Notes: a model not told the origin generated them from the sequence alone. Positions 24,838-38,764 are shown, numbered from the stretch's first letter. The stretch is DNA of 64,000 nt from Sphyrna mokarran (GCA_024679065.1 JAGIQG010000012.1:52452001-52516000), one strand, 5' to 3'. Translations and numbers: made by a program.

Positions 24838-27699
24838 ATGAGTCAGAATTCTGAATTCTTTTTGGAAATTATAATCCTGAGAGTTTGAAAATCAGAATTC
24901 CCTCCATGTTTGTGCTCAGTTATATCTGTAATCTGGATGTAAACTTTTCCCGTGTCTAAATTATATCTTGATTATAATGCAGCCAAGTCTTCTTTGTCTG
25001 TCAGCCTATTATCCCAATAAGTTGCCATCTCCAACCCTTAAAATATGAGTATTGTCCAAATGCACATGTTTAGGTTGAGTGAAATCACTCTATAATAGAT
25101 AACATGGGAAAACAATTTTTCTGCTCTTAATTTTTACGAATGTTAAAAACATCTTTCTTTTCAAAAATATGGAGCAGAACTCAAAATGTTCTATTTTCTG
25201 GTCGTTTTAAAATTTATATATTTTTATGGTGTAAGAAAGTCACATAAAATTAAAGTTTCCCTGATTGCATTTTCTTATGCATACTGTGACCTGAATAAGC
25301 AATGTTTTACTTAAGTTAAAATCTAAATTTTTAAGACGTCTTTAATCTAGTTTGTTGATATAAATTCTTACTGATTTTATGCCCATTTCCATTTGGGCAT
25401 ATTCTAATGAGACTGGGAAGATTCTTGAATGCAACATTGGGTGCATTTTTGGGTTTAACTTCCAGATTGCATCCAAGGAGAAAATAAGATAACTGTATCA
25501 CAATCACTAAACCTTCAGATTCAGCAACATTGAATGTATTGACAGTTGATTCTGGCATGAACAACTGCTGCCAGCAGAAAATAGAATAAAGTTCCACTTA
25601 AAATTAAAACTGTATATATTTTAAAAAGTGATTACAGGGCTGTAATCTAATCTAGGGATTCAGATGCCTGTTATAAACCACTCAGGTTTTGTTCTCGCAG
25701 TTTATGATGCCATGTCAAGCCTTCGATCAAATTACTGCTTTGTAATCATTGCCAGGTATCCATTATTATCCATAAAAAGAAATGACTCTTATAGACTTGT
25801 CTGGTTTGTGTAATTTATTCATGCAATATTCTTTAATCTTTAAAAAGATGTTAGAAAGGATTTTTGTTTTGAAACAAGGAAAGAGTAAGAAAAGCTAGGT
25901 TTTGGATATTGCTATTGTTGGCAGGCACAGAAGGACTCAGTGGAAGTACACAGTTTACCCTTAATTTCCCAAGGTCAGCATAGTACAGGCACGGATGCAG
26001 CTTGTATACTAATGGTTGAAGCGAGGAATTATGTAAGTAAAATTTAAAGGATTATGACCATGAAAGGACAGGAAGAAAAGTTCTTAAACTTTTCAGAAGC
26101 CTGCAAAAGGCATTTAAATCTTTCAACAGCCTTTATCAAGACAGGAAACTAAGAAGAATAAGCAAATGTGAAAGAAAGAAAATACAACCTGAGCACCTGA
26201 CCCTTTATTTAATGTCCACTTTTAAAGTGTTTCACTAAATGCAAGAAGGACTGCCCGCTGTGTTATTCCATTGCATTGTTTCCATTTCAACGTGCCTACT
26301 TGTATTTAGAAAAAGCATTGGTGTCCAAGTAGTGAATGATACAATCCTGCATCTGCCCTTTTTCCAACCTATAAATTGCCAGGTGGATATGTTGAGATCT
26401 ACAGAAAAGTGGGCATTGTGGTGGGTGTGGCAAGTCAGGCTTTAAACGCTCCTGGCGTACCTCCTTCTATGCAGTGCTGCTGGAAGTATGACATGCTATG
26501 ATTCGGGTGTGTTCAACATTACAATTTGTGTGCCTATCACATAGCTCAATGTTGTCACTGTTTCTGCTGCCTGGTTTCTTTTGGAAAGATGAACTTCCAC
26601 CTGGACTTAACAGCTACCGAAGTGAGAGATTTTCACTATATCTACAGGCACAAGTACCCTATAACATGCAAGATCTCCTCTCTTTGCAGATTTTCCTCTT
26701 CCAAATGCATCAGATAAGAATTCCCAATGCCAGTAATGATGCTGATGAGAGGAATTTAGTTATAATGCCTAAAATGAATAGGACCATTAATAGTTACTTC
26801 CATGATTTCCAGTATATTTAATGCTGCAAAGCAAACCCAGATTGCATTTTAGATGCACATTCTTTGCATCTGGCAACCTGCAACATCCTAATGGAGGTAA
26901 ATGCTGTGCATCCACAAAATCCATGGTATTAATTGGCTAGTTTAATATTTTCACTGGCTGGTGTACTGCCTGTCAAATTGTGACTACAAGATTAACATGT
27001 TTGAGAGACTGGGACTGTCACCCACCCAATTTCTACTGCAACAATTGCAATTTGCAATTGCAAGTTCAGTCTATAAATTCTATTTATTTCAAACTCTTCC
27101 CTCCCATGCAATATTAGCCTCTTGTAATTTGAATAACCAAAAAATATTTTGTTTGCACTAAATTACAAGGCAGGTAGTTCCAAAGATTTACTTTTATGAA
27201 CTAGTTCCTCTTGATATATATTTTTAAAGATTTAAATTTATTCAAGAGGAAAATGCAGTTCAGTGTTTAACTCCCACTTCCTTATCCTATCTGAAAGAAG
27301 TAAGTAACAAATGTATCTTATCAGCCATATGATCATTTTGGATCTTTAACTCTGTGTGTCAGTCATTTTAGAACTTTGTTACATAAGTGTCTTAGATGTT
27401 TCATTCACTGCAATGGTGGTAATCATGTATATTGTATTCCACCATACAAAGTTGGACAGTTACATTTGATTCCAATACCTATTCAGTGTGCTGCTCATAC
27501 CTGACACCCCTCCCCGCTCCTTACCCAACCACACTGAAAGTAATGTAGAGAGCCACTGGGAACTTGGCACTTGCGTATAAAAGACAAAGCTGAAACCTTC
27601 TTACCTACAGCCAGAAGTACCAAGTGGCTGATGCACTTGGCTTCTTCATTACGTCCCCACCATCACAGGAGTAAATCTCCAGCCATGCAACAACACTAC

Positions 27700-27920
27700 T
27701 TGGAAGATCCCTTCTCAAGATACTCGCCTTCCTGACTTGGAAATATGTCGCTGTTCCTTCACTGGGTCAGAATGCTAGAACTTCCTCCCCAACAACATTG
27801 TGGATGTACCTACATCACAGGGACTGCAGTGATTCAAGAAGGCAGCTTATCACAACCTTCTCGAGAGTGATTAGGGATGGCCAGTAGATGATGGACTAGC
27901 CAGCAGTGCCTCACCACACA
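27700..27920 (+). mobile_element. 3' end of second CR1-clade LINE family
   Basis: CCTGACTTGGAAATATGTCGCTGTTCCTTCA...GGACTGCAGTGATTCAAGAAGGCAGCT...TTAGGGATGG; homologous to 29920-30125 and to the reverse complement of 43495-43700. Confidence 0.75.
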
Positions 27921-28021
27921 CAAAAAAAAGCACTTTATTCATTCCTCAATGTAGGTTCTTCTAGGACTACTTGACTTTGGGACTTATTAGAGCCTTGGTT
28001 CAGATACAGATTTGGATAACA

Positions 28022-28688
28022 AAAGCATAGAATGGTTACAGCACAGAAGGAGGCCTTTTGGCTATTGTGTCTGTGATGGCCCTCTGAAGGAGTAAAAGAT
28101 CTAATGCTGCTCCCTTTTTTCCCTGTAGCCCTAAAGTTTTTTTTTCCCCTTTTCTGATTAAATTCTCTTTTGAAAGAATTATCCCAATTTCTCCAACCAA
28201 TCCACATAAATGAAATTCTTCATCCCTGTAACCATTCTGTAGAATTTTTCTACATCCTATCTGATGCCTTTACATCATTCCCACAGTGTGATGCTCAACT
28301 TGATGCAGCACTCGAGTTGAGTCCAACCAGCGTTTTTATACAAGTTTATCATGACTTGCCTTTGTACGCTATACCCCTTAATAAAGGCCAGGATGATCTA
28401 TATTTTTAACTGCAGTTAAATTGCCACCTTCAATATATACACATATTTATAGGTTCCTCTACTTCTGCACCTCCTTTAGAATTGTACCCTTTGTTTTATA
28501 TTGTCTCTGTTCCTTTTTTTCAAGATGAATCGCTTCAGACTTTCTGCATTAAGTTTCATCTTCCAAATATGCACTCATTTCACCAATCTGATTACGTCCT
28601 TTTTAAAGTTCTACACAATCCTCATCATGATTCGCCATACTTCCAAGTTTTGTATCATCTGTACTTTTTGAAATTGTGTTCTTTATAT
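28022..28688 (-). mobile_element. Decayed CR1 3' portion
   Basis: CATAGAATGGTTACAGCACAGAAGGAGGCC tail; TTTGTATCATCTG is the remnant of ADDTK. Confidence 0.7.
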
Positions 28689-28689
28689 C

Positions 28690-30128
28690 AGAAGCTATGA
28701 AACAATATCAGGAAGGAAAAAAAAGGTTTAATTTCAGAGGCAATGAGAGCGTGACTGTGCTTAACATCGAAGCAGCGTTTGACCAAATGTAGCAAAATTG
28801 AAGTCTGAGAATCAGCTGTCCGCTGGCTGGAGCCATACCTCACATATAGGAGAGTGGTTGTGGAAACCAATTAAGTCAGTCCCAGGATCTCACTGCAGGA
28901 TTTCCTCATGGCAGTGTTCTAGTAGCTTTATCCATTACCATCCCTCCAGAACTGAAAATATTTGTTGATAATTATACAGTTTTCAGCTCCATTTATATCT
29001 CCTCAGATAATGAAAGCAGTTTGTGCTTGCATGCCGCAAGTAAAACTTGGACTAGTGAGTGTCCAATAGCGTTCATGTCAAATGCCAGGCACTGACAGTC
29101 TCTATCACGATACTTCATATCTCCATCATCAAATCTTTATACCTCCCTGCATATTCAATGGACAGGTCTCTTATAATCAAAATCCTGGGAATTGCCGATT
29201 TATTCATTTATAGGTTATGGGCATCGCTGGCTGGCCAGCAATTATTGCCCATCCTTTGAACAGAGTGGCTTGCTAGACCATTTTGGAGGGCAGTTGAGTC
29301 AACCACATTGCTGTGGCTTTGATGCCACATGTAGGCCAGAGCAGGTAAGGACAGCAGATGTCCTTCCCTAAAGGGTATTAGTGAATCAGATGGGATTTTC
29401 TAATAGTCAACAATGGTTTCACAGTCAATTCCAGATTTTTTTTATTAAATTCACATTCCACAACCTGCCATGGTGGGATTCAAATCCAGGTCTCCAGAAT
29501 GTTATTCAGTTTCTGGATTAATAGTCTAGTGATAATGTCACTAGGCCATCACCTCCCCCTAATTCTTAACTGGATAGCCAGAGTGGTGACACAAACAGGC
29601 CAGAAAGTGGGTATTTTATAGCAAGTGACTCATCTCATTAGTTCATAAAGCCTTTTCACCATCCATAAGCCACAAGCCAAGAAACTGATGGAATACTCTC
29701 CATTTAGTAGAAACTCAACACAACCCAAGATAAAGCAGCCCGCTTGATTGGCATCTCAACCAACATGAAAAATGTTTATTCCCTCCTAAAGTGCTCATTG
29801 TAAATGCGGAGTGTACCATTTTCAAGATGACAATACCTCTGAACCTGCAATTTCCACTACCCAGGAGGCTCAAGGACAGCAGATGTGTGGGAATAATAGA
29901 ATGTGCAAATCAGTTTCCAGGTCACACACCGTGCTGACTTGAACCATTTTGATGGTCTTTCATTTCTTTTGGGTCAAAACAGTGAAACTTCCTCCCTAAC
30001 AGTACCGAGTATCCCTTCATGTAACAAACTGAAGTGGTTCAAGAAGCCAGCTGTTTGGGGCAGTTAGGAATGGACATTAAATGATTGTTTTGCCAGCCCA
30101 GCAATGCATACGTCTAAGAATGAATAAC
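28690..30128 (+). mobile_element. Decayed second-family CR1-clade LINE (RT to 3' end), split by a SINE
   Basis: LNIEAAFDQ (LDIKAAFD-like), WLEPYL, AGFPHGSVL (GVPQGSVL-like), FVDN (FADD-like); 3' end GGGCAGTTAGGAATGG..GCCAGC. Confidence 0.75.
29200..29560 (-). mobile_element. tRNA-derived SINE family C, full length
   Basis: Reverse complement: head GGGGAGGTGATGGCCTAGTG (A box), GGATTTGAATCCCACC (B box), tail GGATGGGCAATAATTGCTGGCCAGCCAGCGATGCCCA. Confidence 0.85.
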
Positions 30129-31799
30129 AAAAAAAATTCTTTTTAAGTGAAGGAATCTTTGTAAACAAAGGAAAATAGATTTGGGTGCATGCAGGGAGTT
30201 AAACGTCATAGAAGTCAAGATCCTGGCATCATCTAGGTTTCACTCAGGTGAATTTGAAGTTGAACAAGGAAGGCAGTAAAATATTCAAATCTGTAACTGA
30301 GTGCTGTTTTAACCAAACCTTCTGGCTTTAATACTCAGTTGATTTATTTACAAGTTGTCAGCAACTTGCCAGGATCAACCATGCAGATGTAAAATGGGAT
30401 CTACTACTTTTGGTGAAACTCAGCTGGGAAGCCTTCGAACAGTGAAAATCTAAAGAGCTGCAGCCATGTCCAGGTGAAAAATGGTTGCTCATACTTATCT
30501 TCTCAAAGTGCTTTCACAGATTCATAGGTGATTGCCAGTTTCTTGGAAGACCTTTTTGGCTGTCTTGCACTTTATTCAATTTCAGCTGTACTATTCTGCT
30601 GCTAATCTGCATCATGGTTTATTTGGTCTATCTTGCATCTCTTATCTCGGTAGTAATACCAGCTGTCTTTGCCTCAGCGACATGTCTTCCCGTAGGGTAG
30701 AGGGGATGGAGATAGAGAACAGGCTCCTACGAGGCAAGATCCCAACATAGGGTCTACTAGCAAAGGATCAACTGTATCAAAGTGTCTGAACCTCAGTGTC
30801 TCAAGTAGTTCAGGTTTTTACAGCATGTCAATAATGACATTTATACTTCCTGGAATAAGACCATCTTTCCAGTGGGCCTGGTGGAGTGCCCATCAAGCAG
30901 GAAGTATCACTTCCTGCTATCTATGTAAGATCATCTTAGTGCATTCCTCCATATCTCTCAGCTGAACCTCGAGCTAAGAGATCCAGGGAGCAGTCTTCCC
31001 AAATCTGATCTCCATTCCTGCCTTTGCTGCAGTTGAGCCATTCTAGCTCTGGCTCTGGTCCCTTTCATTATAAATTCTAGATCTCTCAGATCTGGCTAAT
31101 GCCCCAGCTCTGATAAAGAGCCAAGGCAAAACCCACTGATGATTCTGGTGCTTTTCTGATCTGCCGGTTTTCTGGTGCTGGCAGCAATGGTCAAAAAATC
31201 GGGCCACTTTGTGCCTTGTGGAGCAGAGGAGAGTAAATGATCCAGTATGATGTGAATGTTTTTAGGACCATTTACAACTCCATTTGCTGATGCAGATATT
31301 GGACCATGGAGTTCTTCAAAAAGAAAAGACACTCTAGACTTTTCTTTACCCTTTAAAGTGTCTTGGGTGCAAATTATTTCAAACAAAATGCAACTTTATA
31401 ATTGAATGAGTGAACTGCCGCTTGCAATGGGTTATGCTGGATTGCTACCATCCATAAATGAAATATGTGGGAAATCGGAAATATAAATGACTTATTAATT
31501 CTTGCCCATATGTTTGCATGTCATTAAACAGGAAATGTTTGGTCTGTCTTCTGTTTGAAAAGCCTTTAAAGTTTAGGATAATTGACACTTTTATTGTGCT
31601 GCAGTAAAAAAAAATAGTTTTTTAGAAACTAAGTGGAAAGATATCAATTAAAAACTTTTTTAAAGTTTTTGTTGTCACAATAGGATTCACACATTCTTTG
31701 CAGCACATAGTGCATGAATAGTCACCAAAGCCATAGCTTGATATGGTGACGTAACGGTTCCGTATATTACCACATATTTGTGGGGCATACTTTAGCAGA

Positions 31800-32200
31800 G
31801 GGATCAACAGGAGTCATAGTATATAAATCTTGGGTGAAGCTTGGCAAGAGGAGACATAGGGAATGTGTGGGGGATATATCTTGGCATAGGGCATATAAGA
31901 GGCCATGGATGGGTAGATAGGGGACATGGTGTGACATAGATGGTGGTATAGGACTGAGGACTGGAAAACATTTCTGCTTTTATTATAAATGGGATAAGTT
32001 CCATAGCACCAGAGCAGGCCTTTTAAACAACCTGCCTCAGCATCTGAACTTGTTTGTAGGTCAACTGCCTGTTTGCACACACACTCACCCCTGTCCTGGA
32101 GAATGAAATTCCCATCTTTGCAAGCACTTTCTTCTGAGGTAGCTAGGCAAAGCTAGGAATATTCTCTCCCCCTGCTATCCATCCCCTGAAAATCCAGTGA
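31800..32200 (-). repeat. Partial copy C of the ~1.2-kb repeat
   Basis: Reverse complement TTGTTTAAAAGGCCTGC..GTGCTATGGAACTT matches TTGCTTAAAAGGCCCAC..GTATTGTGGAACTT at 33984, followed by the same CCATGCC-rich tract. Confidence 0.55.
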
Positions 32201-32644
32201 CTTGAGATGCTTAATGGCCCTGCACTGACAGTAATTTGCATTGTAGTGATTGTGGCCTTAAGGAACAACTGCTTCCAAATGTTATGAAATAACAGCCTCC
32301 CTGACATCCATTGGCAATGTTTCAACTATGTGCCACTTTGCCATGTATTATTGTAGCAAGTGCAGCTCTATCACCAGGTACCAGAGAAAAACAGTAGCAA
32401 ATTAATCTCATTTAGCTTGCAAAACTATCTTGTACATCATGATCTTCTCCATATTATTTTGACATCTTTTAATATTAAGTACTTCCCTAATTGGCAAAGC
32501 AGCATTGATGTCTGGTTACATAGCCAGTTACAGAAGGTACAGAAGACCAACTACATGTACATGTGACCAACTCTAATACAATCACAGGGGTCAGCAACCT
32601 CTGGAGCTGTAGTTGTTATTGGAAAGGTTTTAAGAAAGTCTATG

Positions 32645-32763
32645 TATTATTCACAAGTAGGCTTACATTAACACTGTAATGAAGTTACTGTGAAAATCCC
32701 CTAGATGACACTTTCAGTGCCTGTTTAAGTGCACTGAGGGAGAATTTAGCATGGCCAATGCAC
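32645..32763 (-). mobile_element. SINE tail type B, 3' fragment
   Basis: TCACAAGTAGGCTTACATTAACACTGTAATGAAGTTACTGTGAAAATCCCCTAG...GAGAATTTAGCATGGCCAATGCAC. Confidence 0.85.
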
Positions 32764-33789
32764 GCACTCCATATTTCTTCAGCAAGTTTGTTCCTTCCGC
32801 ATTACCTGACCCTAGTTATGATTTGCTTTACCACATGTCTTCAATTGGAAATTTGGCCACACAAATTTCTCTTACCACTGGGGAAATCCTCTTTTCTGCA
32901 TTGAGCTGTGGTCTTTGTGACATAACTCCACTGCTGATGTTTCCAGGTGCTCAGTGGAGACATAACAAAAACTTGCTTCCTGGCGACTAATGCAGGAGCT
33001 GATGGTATGTAACTAGGCACTGGTTTCTTTTGGATTGTCCAGCCATCTTGTGATGTAGTCTGTGAGGGACAATTGTATTTTTTTTGCCTCTTTAATAGCT
33101 GACCCATTAACACCTCAAAAATATTGCAAGTGGAAAATAGCATATTGAGCTTTATTGTTGCTGCTACCCCTGCCACCGCTATATCTTTCTTTACTAATAG
33201 TTAATGACTCAGTTTTTGTGTTTCCTAATCTACATGCACTGTGTATATATCTGCTGGTTCCCTTCTGTAGATACTTCACCACTTTAATGTTGAGTGGTTT
33301 TCCAGCCTCTTGTCAAACGAATCCACCATTCTCCAGATATGAGAACATAGCTCCGATACTTGCTACCGTCCTAGTCTGAAAATTTTGTGCACTAGCCTAT
33401 GAGTAGCAAGATTTGACATAAACAATTTTGTCATGGTAGTTCCTTCCTGCAATCCACTACCTCTCCTCCATCCAGACATATTAAGTGCAATGTTTCATCA
33501 CTTCTGACATCTTACTCGGTGCAACCTCATTAACATTTCTTCTATACGTTGGTAACATTCTTTGTGGACGTATCTTTACATAAACCTTCCCTTGTGCATC
33601 TCTATCTCCTGTTCCAACATGACTATAATATTAATCTGTGTGCTGATCTATAAACACCTTTTCCAAATCTCCAGCCAGTAAGAGGAGCAGTGACATGCTA
33701 CTGTATTGATCACTTTCCTGAATATTATATAAAGGATAAATTCCATCCTCCACCTAAGTGATTCTGCATCTCCACATTCACTTAACACC

Positions 33790-34945
33790 TGGGCCCAGAT
33801 ATTCACTCCCAAGTTGGGTGCAGCGTTGGGAAAATTCCTGGCATTGTACATCCACTTCAGAAAAAAACAACCCTAAAATGTTAAGTTTTAATTCCAGTGG
33901 TCCAATATGTGCTGGAGTTGGGATCATTGCTCTCCAGAAGAAGGCTGGAAGTAGGAACAGAAGCTGCTGAGTGTTGTGGTGAATTGCTTAAAAGGCCCAC
34001 GTTAGTATTGTGGAACTTGGTCCCTATTATTTAAAAATGTGGTTAGGCCTTCCAGACCTCTCACCTCCCCACCCATTCTCCATGACATAACTATGCCCAC
34101 CATGAACAACTCATGCCTCCACCTCATACTGTCCATGCCAGCTTATGCCCCTCTACTGACCCCATGACAGTCTTTAACCCCATGCTAATTCATACCAATC
34201 CATTACCCCACCACTCTTTGCACTTACACTTCCCATATCAATCCACCCAGTATCCAATGTGAAGTGACCTCGGAGGTCGTGCTAAGATAAAATAAAGTTC
34301 TAAGCATTGATTACAGACTTCATAGGAAAGAATCCATTTCAGTATATTTAAATCTCTCCCAGTACTTAATTCCTTATAAAAGCAATCATTGTATTCATAG
34401 CCCCACATCAAAGACAGCTAATCCTTTAGTAACATCTTGGAGCTGTCAGTCAAACTGTGATCTTGAAAAGCCCCACTGTGATAGGTTGTGGAAGCAATCA
34501 ATCAGTAATAATACTATAATTAATGCTTTCAGGCTGTTAACAAACAGCTGTCAAAATTGAAAATGAATGTCATCTTTTATAAAACTCTGAGATAAAGCAA
34601 GCTGTTTCTCTTCAAAATTTAAAGAGCAGGGAATTTAAATAACTTGACAGTTTGTTAGTTCCACAGACCTTAGCCCACTTTTATGCATATTCACATCTGC
34701 TCTTAAAAGTCATAAATCTCTCTCTGCAGAAATCTCTCATTCCTGCAAGAAATTAGCTCTATCTGAACTCGGCGCCAAATTCAAATGACTGTTAGGTTTG
34801 GAGTTCCTATAAGTATCAGTTGCAACTCGCCCTCTTTCCCACCTCTTCAGCAAAAATAGATCTGCTGGAAATGAGGTGATACTTCCAGATCTAGAGACTC
34901 AGTGTCATATTGGTTGAGGTTAAGTCTCCATGAAAATTTGGCTCT
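33790..34945 (+). repeat. ~1.2-kb non-coding interspersed repeat, copy B (MITE-like)
   Basis: Colinear with copy A; loose termini GGGCCCAGATATTCA / TGAAAATTTGGCTC. Confidence 0.65.
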
Positions 34946-36429
34946 AGACTTTTGCTGAAATAGCTTTTATGCGACTTTTGTTCTTTCTTTTTGTTGTCAA
35001 CTATTATCTTGCACTGCATAGCCAGAGGTTTAGATCTGTTAAAATTAAAAGTGATTAGGTATCTCATTAGCTGCTTCAGAAGCATGGAAAACCCATATTA
35101 CTAGTGCCGTGAGCTGTGATTGCCTATCTTTTGTTACTAGTTGGACTTGACACTTAGAGTAATTTTGTTTGCTGATCCTTTCGTCACAGCAAAAGTATTT
35201 TATGTCTGTTTTAATAAATTGAGGAACGTCTCTTTATTAATAGCCGTTCTGCATTTTACTGCCAGAAGAAGCATAAGAGAGAAACTTCCAAATTTCAGTT
35301 GCTATTGCCAGGAATAAACTAGCTATAATGATCTGGTAATAAAAGACTATACACATTCTCCAAAGCTGTTAATGACTAATAAAAGTGGAAAACATCCAAA
35401 TTGAAACTGGCTTTGTATCTATATATGTTAAATTAAAAATGTTACATTCACACACATTTCCTGTTAACTCAACTTGGCCTGAAAATTGGGCTGCATAAAG
35501 CAGCAAGTTTTCAGGTGCTGTGAAGCCTCCAGTCCACAAAATGCAGGCAGGAAGCAGGCACACACTTTCGGCCATTTTAGAAAAATTCAATAAAGAGATA
35601 TCCTTGACCAAAGCTTAATGCTTGCTTGAGGGTCACACTGCAGGATTGATTAACACCCGAAGCAGTTCCTCCCCTCCCCCCATCCTGGCAATATGGCAGA
35701 CTGCACTCAGAAACCAACCTTGCAAATATATGTAGCTGGGCTGGTGATTGCACGTTAAAACAACATTTCTCCTCCTTTCCAACCACAAGGTCCCCAACAT
35801 CTAGGCTCCCTGTGCCCAGGATTCTCAGCCTTCAAGCCCGAATATTGTGGGTTGCTATTGCTTCCTCCTGCACATCCAGGCTATGAGTTGTCCCAACTAA
35901 CAATCAGTCACCTTTCCTCCCCCTCCCAACCCTGAGGCGCACTATCTCTACCCCTTGAGTCTGTGGTCTTTCTCTGAGAACGTGAAATAACTGTGGTCCA
36001 CAAAAAACACTTGCAATGATCCAGTCTTCCTCAACTTGCCTTCTTGGACTCCTCCCACAGAGCTGTTCCTATTCGAACAAGGTCCAAGGTCCAATATCTG
36101 AAATTACTAGGACCTCTTCCATGCATGTGCAGGTAAGTACCTGTTTTGATGGAATGCCCAATATGAATTCTGTGAAATGTCTCTGCTCTTGATGCCTTGT
36201 CACTTTTTACTGTTATAAATTGCTGGTTTACATTTCTAGTGGACTTAGTACGGGTGAAAATTATCCCCATATTTTCAGTTTATATATTTGAAATGGAAGA
36301 ACATAAAATATTACTATGAAGGGAGGAGAAAACAAAATTAGACTAAATAGAATAAAACTGGTACATACATAGGTCTGATGGGTTTCTTTCTATCTTATAA
36401 TTTCTATGAATCATAACATCAGTATTATG

Positions 36430-37000
36430 GAACACCAATAGATGCCCATAGTTTATGTAACCACAGTGCATCTCCTCTTCTATCCTCACAATGAAATGAA
36501 AAATGTACAGGACTGCAAACAGGAATCAGGATTTAGTGATCTTTGTCTCTGGCGAGGCCTGGGCTTTTCACTCCCCAGTTGTTTAGGGTGCATCTCTGCC
36601 AGAGAGGACGTCTGTCCACACATTTGATTTTCAGCCTCAATGATAATTTGCATACTGGAGTCAGTTTCTTTAGTTTCTGCCAGAGGATAGATTTCTTGCA
36701 CAGGAGGCCTTGAATATTTTTGGGAAAACCTTTTTGATCCCTGCCTTGGGTCCACTGTGCACGCACAACTTGAGTCACAAGCTGTGGCTGCCAGGAAAAT
36801 ATTTCATCTCCCTTCCACCAATTGTTTAGTGCCAACTGCCTGGATCAAACAGGGTAGACCTTTCCTCCAGCAGCAGTGGAAATGGTGAGAACCATAAATG
36901 GTGTTGATGTTCCCATCATTTGCATAGAGTTTACATAAACTTGCCTACACGTGCATCATATATTCTTTAGCAGCAAGATTAGTCCCTCAGAAAAGCAGTG
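36430..37000 (-). mobile_element. Possible decayed RTE-clade LINE 3' region
   Basis: Frame remnants TQGRDQKGFPKNIQGLLCK and VDRRPLWQR resemble RTE C-terminal GxRxxGGQxKRFKD..L and DRxxWR motifs; weak. Confidence 0.35.
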
Positions 37001-37781
37001 GAGCCATGACAGGATATGCTGCTGATCACCTTTCCCTCCTGTTGACTCAGGTGTGCCAGTAAAAATGACCAGCAATGGAAAGTGAACGCCACTTTGTAAA
37101 CAAAACCCATGCTATGGGCTAGTGTAGCTTCTCTGTGCAGCTTCTGACTGAAGAAGGAGTTGATCTGTTGGGAATTAAATTAACAAGTAAGACAAATAGT
37201 GCCTTCTCTCTCTAAGAGAATGCAATGAGTTCACTGTGCAGTGACACACTTCTGTAGCACTGCTTTGCCATTTTCTTCTTGGGTTGCAGATCTGGAGGTG
37301 AGGCATCCTAAACTAGAAGAAGAGAAAAATCTCCTCGGAATGAAAAGTGCATGTCAGGGTGCAATCCCTCTAAGACCCAGCAGCATTATTGTCTGAATTA
37401 TCTTTACTTCTCACAGCAAGTCAGTTTGAGATTTTCCCAAGGTGAGAGTTTTACAATTGGTGACCTCATGTTCCTCCTTCTGACTTGCATGCAAACTGGT
37501 TGCAGAGACCAAGGAAAAGAGGAAAAACAACAAAGAGGAAGTGAAAAGTGCAGGGAGAGAGAGAGAGAAATGTAAATGAGCACATAGTGAAATAAAGAGG
37601 AGGAGGACTTGGAAACTGGGTGTGCAGTGAGTTTAAAATGTGCAGAACATTCAGAGGTTGGACACACTTTAATTATGGTGAAAATGTGATCCACTCGCTA
37701 GCTTTATGCATAGATCTAGTCCATTACACCAAAGATTCATTTCCTGCTTAAATTAAGGCAAGTTTAAGGTGGGGGAACTTG

Positions 37782-37930
37782 GGGTGGGACTTTTCGGCCA
37801 CGCTCACTCCAAAACCAGAAAATACTACCCGAAGTCAGTAAACCTTTGCAAGATCCGACACCCCACCCCCCACCCCACCCCCCACTCCTCTTGCCCACTA
37901 CAATTTCCACAATGGGAAAATTCCACTCTT
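37782..37930. mobile_element. Short MITE-like element
   Basis: Termini GGGTGGGACTTTTC / GGAAAATTCCACTC are imperfect inverted repeats around non-coding sequence. Confidence 0.55.
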
Positions 37931-38541
37931 GGAGCCTTGACAGGATTGATGGGATGCATATATTCAACATTCTAAATGGATATCAGATTTGGCAAAATTA
38001 GCATGCAGATGTAACCTCTGTTTGCTGCACTGCACCAGAGTTTTTTTTCTGATGTTGGGATATAGTGAAAGTGGATCAGAACTTGATTGTGGGATTCGTT
38101 TTATTGCCTGATTTTATAGATTTTCTTATCTTAGCCCTCCCTTCCTAAAAATGGTACAAGATACTAGAATCAACAACAATGAACCTACAGACACTGTAAA
38201 TATAATGAAATGTGCCTCTATTTATTATAGCACTTCCATTCTCCTTACGGTATTGACCAAAGGTAGAGACCAAGTCCCAGAGGATTTGTCATGTCTCCTT
38301 TCAAATTTCATTTCGCACCAAATGCTTAACATTGAAGCATGGACATATCATTCTCCTCCTCCACCTCCGACCTCACGGCACTCATCCTTGGGCCAGTTAA
38401 GGCCGCTGGGTGGCCAACTTATGGCGTCCTGCCACCGCCTTTCAGATTTTACTTGTGATGGACAGATAAGCACAGGTGTCCAGCCCACAATGTTACACCT
38501 GGACCACTAGATGGGCAAAGGTGGGGGTGTCTTCTTTTCAG

Positions 38542-38764
38542 NNNNNNNNNNNNNNNNNNNNNNNNNNNNNNNNNNNNNNNNNNNNNNNNNNNNNNNNNNN
38601 NNNNNNNNNNNNNNNNNNNNNNNNNNNNNNNNNNNNNNNNNNNNNNNNNNNNNNNNNNNNNNNNNNNNNNNNNNNNNNNNNNNNNNNNNNNNNNNNNNNN
38701 NNNNNNNNNNNNNNNNNNNNNNNNNNNNNNNNNNNNNNNNNNNNNNNNNNNNNNNNNNNNNNNN
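38542..38764. other. Assembly gap (223 N)
   Basis: Run of N. Confidence 1.

Noticed and set aside
27000-27040. GLSP peptide resembling the start of the homeodomain exon
   Set aside because: Lies downstream of the identified exon and similarity ends after four residues.
38521-38764. tcttcttttcag directly before the 223-N gap looks like an acceptor, and the gap could hold the last PROX coding exon
   Set aside because: Both flanks look like one MITE-type repeat (GGCCAGTTAAGGCC before; CAGTGGCCACC..AAAATCCAGTCC after) and nothing after the gap resembles a 3'UTR. Gap filling would settle it.
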